From NCBI RefSeq assembly GCF_009914755.1, contig NC_060928.1: a stretch of DNA of 64,000 nucleotides; one strand, written 5' to 3'. The position numbers and the translations under genes were made by a program. Numbering within the stretch: the stretch's first letter is position 1; each line of letters begins with the position of its first letter. The notes under the pieces were generated by a model that saw only the letters and a list, made by a program, of their open reading frames with translations, made no database searches and was not told the origin of the DNA. Below, in pieces: positions 15,269 through 28,989 of the stretch. Source of the stretch: the human T2T-CHM13v2.0 reference genome, Homo sapiens.

Positions 15269-16634
15269 AATTATTCACTACCCAATATTTACTGGTGGCC
15301 GAATCAAGTAAAGTATTCAATTTCATAATTCCATATTCCTGAAGCAAATGTCTATAATATCTATAATCTTACACAAAAATTATGTAGCTCAAAATGGAGA
15401 GTGGTTTCAAGGATGGCGTTTGCTGAATATGCTTTAAATACTCGAAAATGCCAATTTTTAATTTAAAATTTTTGGATTTGATTGCTAAAAAAAGAATACA
15501 TTCACATGAGATGGTATACATGCTAATGGAATATGTATAAGAATGATGGCAAATCCTTAAGTGTGCCAAGTTTAACTTTGCTGTATGGAAACAAATAAAA
15601 ATAACAAGTTTTTAGCAGCCCAAAAGAGTACCTAAAAATGAACAAAAAATAGATCTCCTAACACAAGTTTAATAACTAACATAATATACAAATGGATGTG
15701 TTAGTATGTGACATATTAAATGTACATATACTCATAGATATTCATAAAATTAAAATATTTTCAAATAGTGCTTTTAAAGATTTCTATAAATCTGTACCAG
15801 ACGTTCAGAGTGTCCTCAGTCTAACATGTATAGAACGCTATACAGGTTCATGGTATTTGTTTCTGTCTGTTTCTATTTTTTTATACCTCTAAGTAGTGCA
15901 ATGTATGTTACTATGCCCATCCTCATGCCATATACATATAAAGTCTGAAGACAATTTAAACAACATAGGACAATTTCAAACTATGGCTACTGAGTTTTTG
16001 ATCCACAGCATAAAGAAAGATCGGAAATCATAAACTTATAGTTAGTTGGCATATCTGAGTATCTTTTTAAGCACTACCTCAATAATTGAAAATATCACTA
16101 TACATATCGGCCCAAGTATTATATTTATATTTTATGATGTATCTCATTTAGACTCCACAAAAAAATTATATTTCTAAAAACAATGTTATGATTTCTCAGC
16201 TTATATTTGTAAAATTATAAAAAGAGAATAGGATGTATGTGAAATGAAGTTTAACATTAATTTAAATTTGTTGGTTATGCATTGTTTCTGCAACAAAACA
16301 AATGTATGAGCATTTATAAATTCTGAGAAAGTACATAATATTCATAACTTTAATTGAGACAGTTATTAAAACAGCATCATACATTAAAGTAGTAATATGT
16401 GTTGAATGACAAACATCCTGACTTTTAAAATTAGAAATATTAGAATAAATTTTAAACTTCCGTTTTATGTGCCACAATTGAGGAAATCTTACTGAATTAC
16501 TCACTAAATAAAACCCAAGGTTGTATAGAAGCACATTTTTAAATTATATACTTTTGTAATAGTTTAGATTACAGTAAAAATGTAAAGCATGTGTCAACAT
16601 CTGTATTGAAATATTTATATGAAAAATGAAAATT

Positions 16635-16840
16635 ATTAATATAACTAATATATATTGAACACTTACCATGTTCCAGATTGTGTTCAAAATGTTTTATGGA
16701 TTATGACATTTAACCATCACACTATACTATGAAGTAGTAACATTCATTTTTCCTGTTTCACTAGGCAGCTAATAAATTGGAGACTTGGGATTTAAAGCCA
16801 GGTAATCTGATTCCAGAATTTGCACCCTCAACCATTAATA
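16635..16840 (-). mobile_element. MIR SINE
   Basis: tattgaacacttaccatgttccag...gggatttaaagccaggtaatctgattccaga. Confidence 0.75.
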
Positions 16841-17104
16841 TACAGAGAATTATTCATTAAATTCCAGTATTACAAGTCTTCAGAGAGAGTACAGATGCAA
16901 AGCTCATCTATACTACTTTGATTCCATCTGAATAAATAGGACTAGTGTTGTTGGGTGTGGGCCAGGTCATGTATGCATTAGTACAGGGTAGGGAGAGCAC
17001 CATATAAAATAACACCTCTCATCTTAGTACTGTGTATCATTGCATACCAAAGGCGTAGCACTATACCTCACATATTAAAATGCACTATCTGTTCAAATCA
17101 TATT

Positions 17105-17561
17105 TGTGGAGAGCAAAGATCACCTGGTAGCCACCAAACAGACTATCCATAGGCAAAACTCCATATCTGAGGAATTCAGAAGTAATTAGAGGTCCCTTTT
17201 ACCTAATGTAGCATTTGGTACCAGGCCTCTTTCCCAAAAATTTATAAGTAGCTAGAATGTCTGTACATCTCCAGAATGCATGTGTGTTGGAACTTATTGT
17301 GCAACCCTTGCTAATATCAAGGCAGCAAACTGTCTACAAATGTAATCATTTACCCTAATCTACATGACTAATATGGTCCAAATTACCTTTAAGCTCCTGC
17401 TTTAAGGTCCTCTGTTGTTGAAGCATTGGCTGCATTCTGCTGCAGCATTCTTTCTATGTAATAAAACTATCCTTTCAAATCGGTACTGTTGTTGGTAAAT
17501 TCTTTTACCACCCACTAGCCAACCACTCTCTGCTGCTGGGGCTATGACACCTCACCTGGCA
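17105..17561 (+). mobile_element. LTR47A-like ERVL solo LTR
   Basis: TG...CA termini, perfect 5-bp TSD atatt (17100-17104, 17562-17566), aataaa at ~17460, ggcaaaactccatatctgaggaattcagaagtaattaga. Confidence 0.85.
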
Positions 17562-17962
17562 ATATTCCACAATCTTTAAATTGGTCTTTCCACAGAATAT
17601 AGAGTTCTCTCCATTTCTTACTTCTTAGTCCCTCGCTTTTTTTTTTTTGCAGTTAGATTAATTTTTTTCTTTAACAGACCCTCATCTATCTGCTTAAAAT
17701 ACATTGCTTATATATTTTAATAATAGACACCTGACAACATCCTGCCTTTTCTTCCTAATAAGGGCTATAGAATGTAACATTCACTTATATTTATCATGTG
17801 CTCTTCACTCATCCTATCCCCTTACCTATCTCTAGACAAGATTAAGTAACATCCTGAATCAAGTTTATTGTTTTTGAAAAAGCAATAGTTTCTAATTTAA
17901 GTAACAAAACAAAAGAGAACATTGATCTATAGATTCTCAAAAACATGCTATTGCTAGATGGT

Positions 17963-17963
<1 letters not shown>

Positions 17964-18004
<41 letters not shown>
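17964..18004. repeat. T41 mononucleotide run
   Basis: direct count. Confidence 0.97.
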
Positions 18005-18006
<2 letters not shown>

Positions 18007-18227
18007 CAAAAAGTTAAAATACAAATTACTGTGGCAATGAGATATCTTTCCCTAAGCATTAATAAGGCTGAGCACATATTCAAATATTTATTGCCCACAC
18101 ATGTTGCCCACTCTGTGAAATGTATTTCATGCCTTTCTTCCATTTTTGTTGTATTGGATCCTTCTCTACATTACTCTGCAGCATATTGTGAAAAATATCC
18201 TGATGTAATTAAACAATTTAGTAAAAG

Positions 18228-18482
18228 GCTGGCATAGTCAATGGTGAATGGTAAAAAGTTTATATGAGGTATAAATTACAGCTCTGTATAGAGTCTGCCT
18301 GTTAGTATTGAAAAAATTATTATCCTATTAATATCTTTTGCTTATCTCCCATAAAGTTGGGAAAAGTAAAGTATACAACCTATAGGGGTGTTATGAGTAT
18401 TAAAGAACACATTTCATCCACGTGCTTAGCATTTAACTGGCACGTTGTAAGCAACTAAAATATGTTGGTTATTACTATTATT
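18228..18482 (+). mobile_element. MIR SINE
   Basis: acctataggggtgttatgagtattaaa...gtgcttagc...ctggcacgttgtaagc. Confidence 0.7.
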
Positions 18483-19079
18483 TACATGTAAATTAGCTGA
18501 AGTTATCATTAGATTATTGCAAAAGAGCTTCTAAGCCATGTAGGTGTATGGTTCTCACATGAACTTACGAGAAATGTCATAAAGAGGCAAGGCACTAAAA
18601 TTAGGTAAATGCTGTTGACTCCAGGATGATTCTTTCTCTAGGAATGTGATCACTTTCAGTGGATCTGATTTGAATTTCTAACAGGTTTTTCATTTCAGCT
18701 TGCGGACATATAATCACTTGAAGAAAGCCTCTAATCTAGAACATTAAGAGTGAGTGTAAAGTACATCTAAATAGAGGAGGAAAAGACATGAATTCCAATA
18801 CTCAGCTCTTGGAAACTAAGAGCCATGCCCAAAATATACACTTGATGATGTGCATATTGAAAGAACAAATAAAACAAGTACCAAAGATAAATGGATACCT
18901 GGACTTGCTTAGTCTGCAGTACCCAATAAAAGGATGAAGAACTCAGAATGCATAGGCAGTCAAAATGAGGTCTCTGCATGGTTTTTTTTTTGCATAAATT
19001 TCTTTGCAGTAGTCTATTTCCCCATATGATAAGAAACAATATTCTGAAAACACAAAGACCCTTTGGGTGTATTTTCAGG

Positions 19080-19410
19080 GGTATCTAGGGCAGGAGAAAT
19101 ATATACTAATTGGGGACTAATCAGTTTGTCAGATGCGTCTTCTCCATGCTGACTTGAAGAGATCAAGGCTAATGAAAGTTCTAGCTTCATTAGCCAATGG
19201 TTTTCAAGGTCACCATTCCAGTTAGAAGTGGAAAAGAACACGAAGAAGCAAAAAAGAGGTTTTATAAGTCAGGTCTACAATCGACGCACACTGCATCTTT
19301 TCTCTGACTAAAATTCCGTCATGTGGCCACAAATAACTAAAGGAGAGCTAGAAAATATCACACAGAAGAAAAGAACAAGAGTATTGATGAGCAACTGATT
19401 GTTCCTTATG
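19080..19410 (-). mobile_element. Old MLT1 (K/L-like) LTR fragment
   Basis: aaattccgtcatgtggccacaaataactaaaggagagctagaaaat. Confidence 0.5.
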
Positions 19411-20389
19411 TTATACATTTTAGAGATAGAAGGTGTGATTTCTTTCAAAATGTTTCTCTTCTAATATTTTTAACTCCTCATCTTTTAAGTATTAACAATG
19501 AAAGTAACCACAAGAATATATTATTAAAATTGCTAAAGTGGTTATCACTATAAACATATTATTTATTACATTCTGCCTCTAAAAAGTTATAAAAATTAAA
19601 CATAGTGACTGTCAAGAAAACTTTTTGTACTTCAATACTTGTATAGAGAACTGAATGATGAACTGATATGGTAATTGCAAACTATTCATTATTTAAAAGA
19701 GGTCTTTAAGCAGCTGCATACAACATAGTACAGCCTAATTTGAGAAGTTGCCTGGTTTTTAAAAACAGCACTTCTTCATGTCTTTTAAGTGGTTTAACAT
19801 TTTAGAAATCATGCTGGCCTTTACTTCAAATGATTAAGTTAGATTTAGCATCACTGTTTTCTGGAGTTCACAGTTGAATATCCTGGCATGCAGAAAAATG
19901 ATATCATTTTTTTCCAATTCAAAGATCATAACTAACAAATCCCCAAATCCCAGAACAACTGAGTAATTTTAGTTTAGATTGGCATACTCAGTGCTGAAAG
20001 GTAATGTGTTTTCACAATTATTAGTGAATAATGAGTGCAAACAGGCATATTCACTTCTACCAAGTGTGTGAGGTAGGTAAATCAAAGCTCTACAGCTGAT
20101 CTATTATTAAAGATACATTGGGAATAAAGAGGAATTATATCAGAATCTTTATAATATTAAAATATTGTAATTAATGTGCCACATCTCACTGGCTAGGGTA
20201 GATTGAATATCATTTCTTAAAAGCTATTTTTTAGATATTTGCAAATATACATACTTATTAACATTCCATTTACTCAATATTAAAATATCTTTTTCATGTC
20301 ATTTTATGAATGAGAATATAATGTTACCCCTCCCCAAATTATACAGAGTAAGTAGTTCCTTATCTGTTATAAAGAATAAGGATAAATCT

Positions 20390-21750
20390 CTCAATTCAAT
20401 TCAAATCAGCCATTGAATTTTGAGATCTTACCTATGTCAGGGTTTAAGGAGAGTATGACAAGTAAAATAGGACATTTATTTTCAAGAACCTGATCAGTAG
20501 AAGAGGAAGAGAAACATGTAAACTAATAAGCTACAGCATAATATTATATTTATGAGGGCCATGCATTCTCAAACAAAATTTTAGACATGTAGGACAATAA
20601 AATAATATTTATAATAGTGATATTCTGAAAAATTCAGGAAATATAGTTGTATAAGCTATAATAATTTTTCATATGCCAAGAGATACAAGAGAAATTATAT
20701 TTTTCTTTTGTGTGAACAAGCTAAACGAGAAAGGGGAATGTAATTTGTACAGATTTTGAAGAATGAGAAAGCATTTTCCAGAGAGACAAGAACTTTATGG
20801 GAATAGAGGAAGAGTGTAGAAGAAAATTATTGATGCAAACATGTTGCTTAAACAATGTCAATGTGGAAAAGGTTAGCAAAGAGGTTAAGAGACCGGACTC
20901 CAGAGATAGCTTAAAATCCCTCTATCTAAGACTTTGTTTCTGTGTATCTTTAACAAAGTCATTAAAACCCCTCTAAAAGATACTTTCCAAATCTATAAAA
21001 TTAAAATAATACTAGTAAACACCTTCAGGAGTTGTTGAGGGGATGGGGATACATCAAAACATTAAAAGTGCTAAAAATAGTATCTGAAACATATTAAATG
21101 TCAACATATAATTATTATGAAATTTTGACATATATATTTGGAAAATAGAAAGCATTAGCACCAGCCAGAGCCTAGATTTAGGTAAATGGCAGAAGGGAAT
21201 AAAAGGAGAAAGAAGTAACAAGAGAGATAAAAATTGTAGAATATAACCTAGGTTATAAAGTATGTTTTATTCTCTACTAAGGCATTTGGATATTATATTG
21301 AATAGAACAAGATTTATATACATATTTGTTAAACATGAAGTGACATATATTTTAGTCAGATAATTCAGGTGGTACTAAATGGCGGTGTATTTCTGAGAGA
21401 GAAAAAAATAAATAATGCTGCCAATAGTAAAATCAGATAAACTCTTCAATGAATTAGGTAACATGACAAATACAGAAAACCTGTAGGACAAGAGCAGATC
21501 CATGAGAAAATATTTTAAAGCTTGGTTATTGTTTCAGTATGGGAAAGGGCAGAGGGGAGTGAGAACTCAAGGGTGAATCTACAAGTGTCTGTTCTGAATT
21601 AGTAGGTGCTTAGTGGCCCTGTTAACAGGCTTAGAGAATGAAGCAGGAAGAGAGATTATTAAATCATTTTTAAACATGTCCAATTGTAGTGTCTGCAGGA
21701 CATTTTGGATAATTTCACAAGAACCTTTGAAAATACGGGCAGGAAGTCCA

Positions 21751-21792
<42 letters not shown>

Positions 21793-21900
21793 ATCACCAG
21801 CAGTGTGAGGGTAATAGTCAATTTAATGGATGTGAAAGACAGCAATCCAACAGTATGTACAGAATGACAAGAGAAGAGAGCAGAGTTCTAATGAAAATAT
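20390..21900 (-). mobile_element. Fragmented L2 LINE, interrupted by a + strand MIR at ~20870-21115
   Basis: ttcaattcaa tail, tacctatgtcagg..., purine-rich L2 body; MIR gaggttaagagaccggactccag. Confidence 0.55.
21756..21788. repeat. T33 mononucleotide run
   Basis: direct count. Confidence 0.97.
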
Positions 21901-22218
21901 TATTATGCTGTTATTATACCTGGAGTTGAAAGGGTTCTAGTTTCCATTTTACCAGTTTTATAATGTTAAGCAAATTAGTCAATACTTTTCTGAGATTCAG
22001 TCCACTTATGTAAAAAAATGGTTCTATGAATACCTCACAGGTTTATTATAGGAATGAAAGTCATTTGTGGTTAGTATGGATTCATCAGATTAGTGATGGT
22101 AGGTATGGACAAAGAAAATTAGTTTCTTTTGACATACATTTTTTTCCTTTTGGGAACAGTTTATCTATATTGTACCATAACTTATACACTAGTAATCAGT
22201 ATAGTATTTAAATATTTA

Positions 22219-22663
22219 TGTTATGAATTGAATTATGTGTCCCCAAGAAACTTAGGTTGAAGTCCTAACCTTCAGCATGTAACCTTATTTGCAAATAGGG
22301 CCGTTGCAATTGTAATAAGTTGAGGTCACACTGTAGTAGGGAGGGCCCCTAGTCCAATATGAGTTGTGTCTTATAAGAAGATGGTCAAGGAAGACAGAGA
22401 AAGACCCAAAGAGAATGCCATGTGAAGATGGAAAATTGGAGTAATGTACCTATAAGCCAAAGAAGGCTGAAGACTGACAGCAAACCACCAAAAACTAGAA
22501 GAGAAAGAATGATTTCCCTACACCTTTCAGAGTGTACATGAGCCTGCTAAGCAGATTTTGATTTTGGACTTTTAACCTTCAGAACTCAAAGATGATCAGT
22601 TTATATCATTTTAATTCATTCAACTTGTGGTGCTTTTCATAGTAGCCCCAGGAGGCTAATGTA
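22219..22663 (+). mobile_element. MLT1C-like MaLR solo LTR
   Basis: tgttatgaattgaattatgtgtcccc...gccatgtgaagatgga...gtagccccaggaggctaat. Confidence 0.85.
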
Positions 22664-24346
22664 ATGAATAAGGCCCTTTTCAGTACATCAACTGTTTTCT
22701 TATTCAGTCACCATAGGCCTGAAATCGTGCAACTGACAAAGATCAACTGAGTCACACAAAGTCACGCAGCAAGTAGAAAATGAGAAATTTGAATCATATT
22801 TTATAATTCTCAGCCCAGTGTTCTTTGAAAGAATAACACAAAATGAACTGCAAAATTGGCATTTGTGTGCTTGTCTAATAACTTACCCACAGTTTATAGA
22901 AACAATTTTCTTCTGAATTCCAAACTATGGTCTTACAATGAGACTTTTTATTAAAATCAATTTGGCAATTCTAATTACTCATACTCGAGACTTTGATTCT
23001 AGAACTAGAGAACAATAAATAAATAAATAAAATTCATGGGTAAACAGAATAATGTTCATGTTTTCTTTCTGTTTACTTTCAAATGCAAAAAGAGAAAATG
23101 AATAATTTTAAAGTAGTGTTTTACCTGTTCTAACTTCTCGTGGTGCATAAAATAGTGACTAACACAAATAGAGTTCTCAATGAACTTCAATTGAATGAGT
23201 GAATGCCCTATCCTGTTAACCCTTTACATATACTTATTTTGGATTAGAAAAGGCAAAATAAACTCTCTCTAAATGTTTTGGCAATAGAGCAAATGCAATT
23301 CAAGGGAAAAAGAGCAAACACAAGAAGGGATGTATAGTATGTCTATTCTTTAAATGCACATTTTAGAAATATAATGTTATATCTCTATTGTTATATATCA
23401 ATGGGTCCTAGTTATATGGACAACAGGAAAATGAAATGAGTACTACAAGAGGAAATAGAAACATTTTTATGTGGGAGTTTATGTTCTGTGTTTTGCGCTG
23501 TTGCCACATCTCTTAATAAACCAAGAGAGTTTGTATCCACATTTTACCAGCATGTCATTTAACATAAACAACAATTAAGGTATGTCAAGAAAGATGCCTA
23601 TGTTCTAAAGCTGCTGTTATGAATACACAAAAGACACATAAGGCCCAAACCTCCTTCAGGGTTATAGAGGTGTTCATTCCAACATAACCATTATGGCTGT
23701 TGTTCACCAACTAGGGATAATTTATATACACATTTTTGGTTTATATTTAATATTTGAGATTGGAGCATCCATGAAGATTCAATTGAAAGCAGCACTGTAT
23801 TTCAAGTTGATTTAATATCTCCAATTAGCATATACGGAAAAGGGGCAGGCCAAAATGACATTTAAAGAAAATTTTTCAGTGGTTCTTTTCCTCCTCCTCA
23901 GTAAGTTTGTTTTACTTCATGACCTCAGTATTACAAAAAATAAATGAGCAGAACATTGACTGCAAGACTTTGTCATGATATTTCCTATGTGCAATGGCTA
24001 GGCAGGAAATGTTCATTTCATACACCATTTGAGCCTAGCTGCAGTGATTTCACAAAAGCCAACAGGCTTTGAAAAGTTAATAATAAAGAAAATTTGTTTT
24101 TGTTATTTTGAGAAAATACTTAACTGTTTAAAACTAGAGATCTATGGAGGTTGGCTAGTCATGGGGAAGTGCAAAATTTATTTTATTTTATTTGGCAGTG
24201 CTTATCTATATATTACATTGAGAAGAAAAAAGTACTGAAAGAATAATAACAGAATGTATATTTTATCAAGAATAAAAACATGAAGTATATGTAATATGTA
24301 ACCATACAGACACTATTCATAAATAACATATTTCATATAGCCTATT

Positions 24347-24538
24347 TATAGTCATATAATGCAATGGCCATGTATTGCTTTTAAGTAAACACATGAACTT
24401 TGCTATCAGGTTTAATTTACTTACTTAATATTTATAATTACTTACTACCTATAGTCATATAATGCATTGGCCATGTACTGTTTTTAAGTAAGTATATGAA
24501 CTTTGCTGTCAAGTTTTAATATATTTATCTAATTACTT
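24347..24538. repeat. Two-copy tandem duplication, period 103 bp
   Basis: tatagtcatataatgcaWtggccatgtaYtg...atgaactttgct starts at 24347 and 24450. Confidence 0.9.
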
Positions 24539-24694
24539 ATCTTAAAGTACATTTATTAGTATCTTCTTTCAACAATAGAAATTATTTGAAATATAAAAAA
24601 TAGCTGTAATTTGTAAGGTTATTTTATATTATTGATAATATCCTTGGAGATTATTTCTATATCACACTGAAAAAAGTTTTCGTTGTTGTGATTT

Positions 24695-25760
24695 TGTTAC
24701 AGGATCTTTGGAGTGTCATTTTTCTGGCTGGAAACCTCTATGGCTAGTGGTGCCTTTGCCCAAGTTCTTTTCCTATGTTCAGGAAGAATGAGGTAGGCAG
24801 ACAAGTGGAGGGTAAGCAAAACAAAGAGTAGCTTATTGAGTGTTAGAACAGCTCAGAGAAGACCTGCAGTGGGTAGCTCCTCTTTGTAGACAGGTCATCC
24901 CATCGAGTGCTCAGCCCTGGAGGAGGTCCTGGAGAGGGGTAGCTCCTCTCCGCAGCTGGTAGTTCTGACATCTCTGCAGGTCTCTGAAGCTCTCAGCAGA
25001 GAGGGTAGCTCCTCTGTGCAACTGATCATCCCTACGTCTGCTCAGTTCTGGCTGAGCCTGGGGCTTTTATGGGCCTCAGAGGAAAGTAAATGCACATCTA
25101 TTGATCCATGGGCAGACCGCAAAAGGCACCACAAGTTCCCACTTTAGTCTGTGGGTCTGGCAGCCAGAACTCCAGTCATCAGGACCTCCCTGGCCTGAAG
25201 ATGGGGCCTCAATGGGGACTCACCGCCTTCTGCCCAGGAATCTGTCTTCCTCCTGCCTCTGTTTATAGTGCCCGGGATCAGCCCTGACTTTACCCTAGGA
25301 TAGGAGTGGGTGCTGACAGTAGGAAGGAGCCAGGCAGTGCAAGCTGGCACTTTGGAGGCTGTGAGGGCAAAGAGACCTTCCTGGGCTCCCAAGGGTTCAG
25401 GAATGCCTGAGTCTGCAGCCACCATTTGGACAGCTGCAGCTGTGCCCAGGAACGCAGGACTCCTGCTGGCTCCAGGCCTCCCAAGAGCAAACAGGGGCTC
25501 CAATCCACAGTCACCATTTGGGTGGCTGCAGCCCTGTCCAGGAGGGTGGGGATCCGGCCTACTCTGTGGAGTGGGAGGCCTGGGTCTACAGCAGTGGTTT
25601 GGGCAGCTGCTGTGGCAACCGTGGAGCTCCCGAGGCACCTGTGAAGCTCCCGCCCCAACTGGGAAGGGGTGTGGCTCCCACCAGCTACATGGAACACACA
25701 GCCTCAACTACCTCCAGCTTGAAGGCAGAGGCAGGCTATCTAGAGCAGCCACTGCTATCA
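24695..25760 (-). mobile_element. LTR28/MER52-family ERV1 solo LTR
   Basis: tgttacaggatc...gccactgctatca termini, perfect 4-bp TSD attt, GC-rich body, repeated gggtagctcctct motif. Confidence 0.87.
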
Positions 25761-26247
25761 ATTTTTTTAAAAGTAGGAGGTCATAGGTACATTAAGTAAG
25801 AACCCAGTTTTGATATGTTAACTTTGACTTCAGTACTAAAACTGTCTATGATGTACTTCCAGTTTGCCTCCTAAATGGATGTCCTAAAAGTGAGCTGTTC
25901 CTCTGACTTAGTCAACAATAGTCATTTTTGTCTAAAATCTTGCTGAAGCCTCCTAATTTCTCTGCCTCCATTTTCCCCCCTTTTCCTGACTTTCCTCTGG
26001 CTCCAAGTTTTTCAGAGAGATTATTCTCTAAGGAAAAAAACCTCTTCCACAAGTCAGAATTTCTCTTAGCATCAGGTTTCCTATAAAATGAGTAATGAAT
26101 ATACACCTCCTTATTTGTTCTGCTCCTTCACAGCCAAGCTGTTCATTTTCATCTATTGCCATCTCCCTTTATTACACCTTAAATTACACTTAACAAACAT
26201 TTAGGCTTTCTAAACACATTCATAAAAGTCCTCAACACTCTCTCTCT

Positions 26248-26570
26248 ATTTTTTTTTTGTTTTTGGTGTGTGTGTGTGTTTTGATATAGAGTCTCCCTCT
26301 GTCGCCCAGGCTTGAGTGCAGTGGCGTGATCTTGGCTCCCTGCAACCTCCGCCTGCTGAGTTCAAGCTATTCTCATCCCTCAGCCTCCCCAAGTAGCTGG
26401 GACTACAGGCATCTGCTACCAAGTGCAGCTATATTTTTTTTTGTATTTTTAGTAGAGATGAGGTTTCACCATGTTAGCCAGGCTGTTCTCAAACTCTTGA
26501 CATCAGGAGATCCACCTGCTTCAGCCCCTTAAAGTGCTGAGATTATAGGCATGAGCCACAGCTTCCAGCC
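26248..26570 (-). mobile_element. AluS SINE with a (TG)n microsatellite in its tail
   Basis: full antisense dimer. Confidence 0.95.
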
Positions 26571-27639
26571 CACAATTTATTTTTTTAATTCAATTCTATA
26601 CACATGATTTCTGTCCTATTTAGAATTATATTCTTACATCCCTTCCCCCAAAGCTCCTACTCATTATTTGAGACCTAGTTTGAATGCAAGGTCCTCTATT
26701 AATATTTTTAAATTTTCCAACAGAAAGGCATTTCTCTTTCTTCTTATTAATAATATTTTACATCTACCTCGAAATTACCCCTGATTATACAATGCATTAT
26801 TTTGCTTTATGTAGTTTTGTTCCTAATAGTGGCACTACCCTTTACACTTTCTATCAACACACAGCAACTAAGAAGGAACCTGTGAAAGCAATATTCTCCC
26901 TTATCTCACTGAACGACTTCCTTCTAGATTTAAAGAACTCTCAAAAATCTATCTATATTTTATCTTTCTCATTGTATTTTTATCACCACAACAATCTCAT
27001 TAATAACTGCATATTACTTAGCATACATTTTATAGTTAATCCTTTGTTTTTCAATATTTATTCAATTGTGTGTACCTACATAAATTTGATCTAAGACAAC
27101 ATTAATGTTTCCAAATATGGAACTGTGTTTATAACCGATGCACGTTACCAAATTAATTTTCCCATTTGGTAGATTGAACAATAATTTGACATTGGCACTC
27201 TCCTTCGTTATCATGTTCAAGATCATTAACAATTTTAGTATTTACAGATTATCATCTGTAATGGAAAACATACACACAAATTAATAGGAAATTCTAATAC
27301 TTCAAGTAAGATAAATAATATCGTTTGTAAACAAAACGCTTTTAAAATAGGATAGGCAAAAAAAAACTCTTCATTTCTTTACCTGCTTATTCACATTCAC
27401 TACTACTAAAATTTTATTGCAAAATCATAAACTATTTGCCTTCCAATTATTTATATTGTAAAAGGATAAACCACAAAAGGAAAATGATCCTAACATTCAT
27501 AAGGTACCATCTTTTAGATATCTTTTAAAACATATACATTAAATAGTAATCAGTTTTTTGCAAATTCGTATTTAAAAATTTATTTGGCAACTTCTGAATC
27601 TTATATTTATAACAGGTGCGCTTTTGGCTATAAGTGTAG

Positions 27640-28660
27640 AGATGAATACAACTAATGCTTAATGATGCCTACCATGTTTCAGGCTTTATGAGAAGTGTGG
27701 AAGTGAGATTAATGAAAATTAATATATAGTGCTTAGGGTCAGTCATTGAGGATAGAGTTGAGTAAGGACGACAGATTCTGATAAAAAACCAAATACGCAT
27801 CACATAAATATAAATTTTAGAAGGTCACGTGCTATGAAGAAACTGAGAGGGGTGTGAGAAAACAGGCGTGGCATGAGCCAATGTCATTGGGCTTGGTAAC
27901 TGAGGGAAGGCCACACCAAAAAGATAAGTTTCAAAAGAATAACTGAAGGAAAGCATGGAGCCAAAGTAATGGTGGCTCCAGGAATTCTTCAGATATCCAG
28001 AAGATAAAGCAAAGGTAAAATAAAACTTTGGGAAATATTGACAAATAAAAGTCAGGACTGTGATTGAGCAAATGCGGGATGTGAGAATATTCTAAGGTTA
28101 GATAGAGGTGAGATGATGTTGGAAAGGTAGGTCAAGGCAAGAAGTTCCTATTTCGGTAGAACCAAATAGAAACTCATTATAGGGCTTTCAGATGAGGAAT
28201 GCTTGATTCTACCCATAACTTTAAAAGATTAGGTGATAGTTAAAGAAGTTGAGGTGAGAGATGATATTATCTTTTCTAGGATACAGGCAGAGGGTCAGAT
28301 TAAGGTAATTTGGTAAGTAAAACACACAATTTTTACTGATGGATTAAATAGTCCTGGAGCATAGAGAGAACAAATCATTAATAATTACCATGTTTCTCCT
28401 TTGTAAATTTATAAGACAGCGGGTAAAATATCAAGTTGTTGATTGTATATAAAGTATTATATATCAGGCAAAATGCACTTTTTTGATTCGTCAGCACATA
28501 TGTCGTATTTGAAGCATTGATTTTCGATGTGATTGCCAAAGGTGAGGGTGTGTGAAGGTAACAAAATGTTTCCAGCATCAAATCTACAACATTTAGAGAT
28601 TCAACAGAGAAGGAAAGACAACAAAGGACACCAAGTTAAAGTATCAGAGATTAAATAAAA
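27640..28660 (-). mobile_element. Degraded L2 LINE
   Basis: atgcctaccatgtttcaggc and a purine-rich antisense L2-like body. Confidence 0.5.
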
Positions 28661-28989
28661 CAATCATTAAGTCAATATTATTTGTATTTTTGATACTTTC
28701 ATATGATAAATTAATATGCTTATATTCATTTTTGCCATGTCAACTTCATATTTATCTACTGACACCTTCCTTTGAAAGGTAAGATTTAGATAACAGTATT
28801 CATTCACATACTGATAATCCCTTTCTCTCAACACACAATTAGAAGTTACTACTTCTAAATCGTGTATTGATTGCTTTTATAACTATAAGGAGTTTTTGTT
28901 GTTATTGTTTTAATATTGTTTCATCAAACATAGACAGTATCTATTAAGGAGTCCTCAGTCTGTAACATGGGAATGTGATATTTTCTCCC

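Noticed and set aside
25144-25799. Cluster of long overlapping ORFs (up to 187 aa)
   Set aside because: All lie in or mostly in the GC-rich LTR, where stops are rare; no domain recognised
26684-27094. 136-aa hydrophobic ORF
   Set aside because: T-rich composition bias, partly L2-like; no homology or gene structure
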